Assembly: GCA_030674475.1 (NCBI GenBank)
Contig: JAUSCZ010000029.1
Location: forward strand, 2,357 to 66,356
Reading direction: 5' to 3'
DNA: 64,000 bases
From: Candidatus Omnitrophota bacterium
GTDB taxonomy: Bacteria; Omnitrophota; Gorgyraeia; Gygaellales; UBA12090
Within the stretch, counting starts at the first letter, position 1; each line of letters starts with the position of its first letter. Position numbers and translations under genes: made by a program. The notes below the pieces were generated by a model, which did not search any database, had not been told where the DNA came from, and saw only the letters and a list, made by a program, of their open reading frames with translations. Shown here piece by piece: positions 21,001 through 22,791 of this stretch.

Positions 21001-22244
21001 TCAGGCCGCTGTATACTTTACTTATCCTATGGACGGCTTATATGGACGGGATTGCTAAAAGCCAGAGGGCGACCGCCAAAAGATTAGGCCTGTCAAGCCG
21101 GATGATAAATATCTATCTGAATAGGGATATCCGGCCTTTGTTGATGAGTAAGATAGCGGATATAGATATCAATTCTGCCAATAAGCAATTGAGGGATAAG
21201 AACAAAGAGAAAAGAAGCGGATTACAGATAATCAAGGATTATATCAACGGTAAATCCAGAAGTATTAATTTACCGTTGATTGGTGGCGCGCCCAGGAGCG
21301 GCATATCATTCTGCGGCCTGCGCGTGTATTTACCTGTATCTATAATCAAAACAAACAAAAAGTTTGAGGCTGTTATAAGAAGGCGCGCAAGAAAAAAACA
21401 TGGAAAACGGGTTTTTGTGATTACTCTTTACGCTGCCGGTTCTAAAAAGGAAAAGCTGGGCCATTGTCTTTGTCGTAATGTCAAAGGGAAATTAATGAGT
21501 TTAAACGCAAAGAGGTATGTAAATTTGACTCTAGACATAGAGAGAACAACAAAAGAGATATACATAAATTTCTTCATAAAGCTTAGAAAGAGAATAATTT
21601 CAATGCCTCCGGTTGAAGCTATGGAAGCGCGAACCTATAAAACGGGCAGCTTTTATTTGAAGGGGTTAGGTTTTGTCTCTTTGAATCTATCGCGTCATAA
21701 TTACAACTTTGCTATTATTGGCGTTAATGAAACATCCGTCATCGCTGAATTTGACAGCTTAGATCGTCCAGGCCATAAGGAATGGAAGATGTTTTCCGGC
21801 AGAGGTATGGATAAAAGTGTTGCTTGCCGGTGGGGCATAGCCGTGATAGAGGAGAGAATGAACGCGTTAATGTTTTATCCTAATAATAACAAACAGCAGG
21901 CGATATCTTTTACCTTAACCCCGGCCTACCGAAAGTCGCGTGAATTGAAAAAAGAAATCAGCCCGCCTGCTCGCCTCGCGGCCCTCGGCTTCGCCGAGAG
22001 GCGAGCGAAGCCGAGGGCCGGCGAGGCAGGCAGCCCGCTTATTGTCCGGGGTGTGGGTTGTTGCGTGCGCACGGGGGTTAGTACGGAAGAAAAATGCGGT
22101 TGGGGTAACTTTATGGAAGTTGAGGATTTTAGGGCTGGAATGATTTATCCGGCAGTAGACAAAAGCTATAAGAATATTTTTGGGCCAAAAGCAGCAGTAT
22201 TATTTTCTCATTCTACGCGGGTATTCTGCCGCGGGCCGCCATGA
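93..22244 (+). CDS. Giant multidomain ORF (at least 7383 aa; 5' partial, frame open back to window position 3). It is a chimera-like string of protease, receiver, sigma-r4-like, PanB, PEP-utilising, SecA-like and P-loop domains joined by repeated SPLG-encoding GC-rich linkers. It may be a polyprotein, a repeat-mediated gene fusion, or an assembly artefact.
   Basis: The ORF track gives one uninterrupted frame of 22152 nt. Checked by hand, frame 0 has no stop from nt 3 to 93, so the ORF continues upstream of the window. Domain motifs read directly from the translation are GDSGAP, KILIVED...[24 protein letters not shown], GEGKT...IIDEAD...GMTGT and VGDSL...VKIEGG...[15 protein letters not shown]. 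Other genes in the window end with TAA, TAG and TGA, so the standard code applies. A stop-free stretch of this length cannot arise by chance in roughly 42% GC DNA. Confidence 0.5.
   Translation: [7383 protein letters not shown]
229..334 (+). repeat. Copy 1 of a 106-bp near-identical direct repeat encoding [34 protein letters not shown]. Its 3' end carries the SPLG core.
   Basis: ccgcctcaccgctgattcttctcgtggaaaacgaagaacatcttaagcagaagtatgaaggttggctggaatggcgggctccgaaatccgtgagcagcccgctagg. It recurs at 8140-8245 with about 6 mismatches. Confidence 0.85.
712..1245 (+). other. Trypsin-like (S1/chymotrypsin-fold) serine protease domain inside the giant ORF. A predicted N-terminal transmembrane helix lies at about 390-470.
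   Basis: The motifs occur in His-Asp-Ser order: GSGFVV...ILTYHQ (His region), [10 protein letters not shown] (Asp region), then RGDSGAPYL (catalytic Ser motif, nt about 1153-1170) and IGVSWFGG. The preceding hydrophobic stretch is [31 protein letters not shown]. Confidence 0.55.
2715..2752 (+). repeat. GC-rich linker repeat, subfamily C ([13 protein letters not shown]).
   Basis: ggggacggttctatttatttgagcagtcctgtgggggg pairs with 15846-15882. The adjacent motif ggggggaaatgactc also recurs at about 17631-17650, and ggggtcagaccttgaaatgtgaaaa recurs at 1536-1562 and 2652-2678. Confidence 0.65.
3588..3640 (+). repeat. GC-rich linker repeat, subfamily B (SPLG + [11 protein letters not shown]).
   Basis: ggcagcagcccgctggggcaagacaggaaaatagaagtgcctccatcttc is paralogous to 6891-6945. 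Confidence 0.7.
6891..6945 (+). repeat. GC-rich linker repeat, subfamily B, second copy (SPRG + [12 protein letters not shown]).
   Basis: ggcagtccgcgggggcaaagcaggaaaatagaagcgtccccattttcatc. Confidence 0.7.
7014..7310 (+). other. CheY-like response-regulator receiver domain inside the giant ORF. It has no adjacent output domain.
   Basis: [67 protein letters not shown]...TPVIM...GAKEFISK. The acidic pocket, the phospho-accepting Asp in ISDFDMPG, and the conserved Thr and Lys positions are all present. Confidence 0.75.
8140..8245 (+). repeat. Copy 2 of the 106-bp direct repeat, 7.9 kb downstream of copy 1, in the same frame and orientation.
   Basis: Direct comparison with 229-334. Differences are aggcag/aagcag, tataaa/tatgaa, gatatc/gaaatc and ctggat/ctaggg. 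Confidence 0.85.
9261..9420 (+). other. Sigma-70 region-4-like helix-turn-helix inside the giant ORF.
   Basis: [50 protein letters not shown] resembles the sigma-70 r4 consensus (L..RER.V...RFGL......TL.E.G..FGVTRERIRQIE.KALRKLR). I did not recognise regions 2 or 3, so confidence is low. Confidence 0.3.
9540..10340 (+). other. Full-length PanB (3-methyl-2-oxobutanoate hydroxymethyltransferase) homolog embedded in the giant ORF. It starts with its own Met directly after an SPLGAG linker.
   Basis: [47 protein letters not shown]...VKIEGG...[10 protein letters not shown]...[14 protein letters not shown]...[24 protein letters not shown]...[14 protein letters not shown] aligns along its whole length with E. 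coli PanB (TAYDY...VGDSLGMT...VKIEGG...CGHLGLTPQS...LEAAGAQLLVLECVP...[24 protein letters not shown]...ESGVYPGEEHSF). Confidence 0.75.
11680..13212 (+). other. N-terminal ATP-grasp and phosphohistidine domains of a PEP-utilising enzyme (pyruvate phosphate dikinase / PEP synthase-like). The C-terminal PEP-binding TIM barrel is not apparent.
   Basis: [26 protein letters not shown] matches the PPDK N-terminal GGKGANLAEM...P.GF motif. [20 protein letters not shown] (about 13005-13060) matches the mobile phosphohistidine domain motif (GGxTSHAAIIAR.G.P). Confidence 0.6.
13556..15140 (+). other. Divergent SecA-like preprotein-translocase ATPase motor inside the giant ORF, comprising NBD1, the preprotein cross-linking domain and NBD2. 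Helical-scaffold-like sequence continues to about 15700.
   Basis: [37 protein letters not shown]...[54 protein letters not shown]...[11 protein letters not shown]...[28 protein letters not shown]...GMTGT...[11 protein letters not shown]...[14 protein letters not shown] is collinear with the canonical SecA N-terminus and both RecA-like domains. Several motifs are degenerate (IIDEAD in place of DEVD-IL), which suggests a paralogue. Confidence 0.65.
15846..15882 (+). repeat. GC-rich linker repeat, subfamily C, second copy ([13 protein letters not shown]). It sits in a cluster of three SPL cores at 15790-15935.
   Basis: ggggacggttctatttgtttgagcagtccgctgggaa. Confidence 0.65.
15971..16384 (-). 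CDS. PIN-domain protein, VapC-like putative toxin of a toxin-antitoxin pair (137 aa). It lies antisense inside the giant ORF frame.
   Basis: MHDIKAVIDTNIFISCLL...LIISDRLIEEIKEVF...DKKDNFIIEMAIEAKATHIISNDKDI shows the canonical PIN acidic residues (D-T-N..., E, D, NDKD). It is an intact 137-aa ORF preceded by a small overlapping ORF. Confidence 0.8.
   Translation of the reverse strand: MHDIKAVIDTNIFISCLLKSPANLAIYHAFKEGKFTLIISDRLIEEIKEVFKRKRLKVDPLTIEELITVIKLRAIAVKPRTKLNVCRDKKDNFIIEMAIEAKATHIISNDKDILELKPSYKGIPVLNSSEFLNLISK
16359..16616 (-). CDS. Putative cognate antitoxin (85 aa, or 75 aa from the second Met). It overlaps the PIN gene by 26 nt.
   Basis: A small upstream ORF overlapping the toxin gene is the typical type II toxin-antitoxin layout. 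I did not recognise a specific fold. Confidence 0.45.
   Translation of the reverse strand: MLYSRKGDKMSITATIDIEKLIGKLPIEKKIQLVRKLEKTTWARRLDNVVNNIRGQIKSIPSEEEINRICQISRKKVYARYKSGH
21962..22040 (+). repeat. GC-rich imperfect palindrome (about 26-bp arms) fused to the last SPL core, located near the 3' end of the giant ORF.
   Basis: gcctgctcgcctcgcggccctcggcttcg / cgaagccgagggccggcgaggcaggc are reverse complements with a few mismatches. A shuffled half-copy occurs in-frame in the outer-membrane gene at 33884-33910. Confidence 0.7.
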
Positions 22245-22304
22245 GCCATCCGGGATAAGTTTTTTATAGCTAACTTGTTTATTCATAAAAAGTTACGATT
22301 TTAA

Positions 22305-22332
22305 TTGAAAAGTATAAAATAAATGGTAAAAT
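22305..22332 (+). promoter_or_regulatory. Sigma-70-like promoter upstream of the first PilZ gene (TTGAAA, 16-nt spacer, TAAAAT).
   Basis: The spacing and hexamers match the consensus, and a GGGGGAGG RBS follows. Confidence 0.4.
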
Positions 22333-22353
22333 AACAAATTAATGGGGGAGGTG

Positions 22354-22725
22354 ATGGAAATGGAAAGATTGTTTGAGCGCCGGGTATTTGAGAGGATTAA
22401 CGCGGATTTCAGCGGATGGTACGCGTTAAAAGATGAGGGCGGCCAGATTCAGGGTGAGTTCTGGGGGCTTGATTTTAGCGGAAGCGGAGTCAGGGTCCAT
22501 TCTGTTAAAGAGATTGCTGAAGATAAAGTTTTAGAGGTGAGTATAACCTCATCAACCCTAAGTCAGCCGATACAGGAAACAGCCCGGGTGGCCTGGCAAA
22601 GGAGGATTGAGCCTGGTTTGTGGCAGGCAGGATTAAAGTTTTACCAGCCCAGGCTGATGCATTTTTGGCCGCTGGTAGAGTTAAAACAACACGAGATAGG
22701 GCAGTCAGGCGAAAGCGCGGGTTAA
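22354..22725 (+). CDS. PilZ-domain protein (c-di-GMP-binding family).
   Basis: The N-terminal RRVFER..., DFSGSGVRV and a type-1 PilZ beta-barrel-like remainder. The start is placed after the GGGGGAGG RBS; the ORF track starts at 22342. Confidence 0.55.
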   Translation: MEMERLFERRVFERINADFSGWYALKDEGGQIQGEFWGLDFSGSGVRVHSVKEIAEDKVLEVSITSSTLSQPIQETARVAWQRRIEPGLWQAGLKFYQPRLMHFWPLVELKQHEIGQSGESAG

Positions 22726-22791
22726 TGACCAACACCCAAACAAATGCTTTACGCTTACGATCTTGAATTTTAACACGAGAGGGGGTGCCAG

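Noticed and set aside
93-22244. An alternative genetic code as the explanation for the giant stop-free frame.
   Set aside because: Stop reassignment would create extra apparent stops under the standard table, not remove them. In addition, TAA, TAG and TGA each terminate well-supported genes elsewhere in the window (for example phoU TAG, nrdJ TAA, the second permease TGA).
22245-22300. A small inverted repeat (taactt...aagtta) after the giant-ORF stop, considered as a terminator.
   Set aside because: The arms are short and imperfect and no T-tract follows, so the evidence for termination is not convincing.
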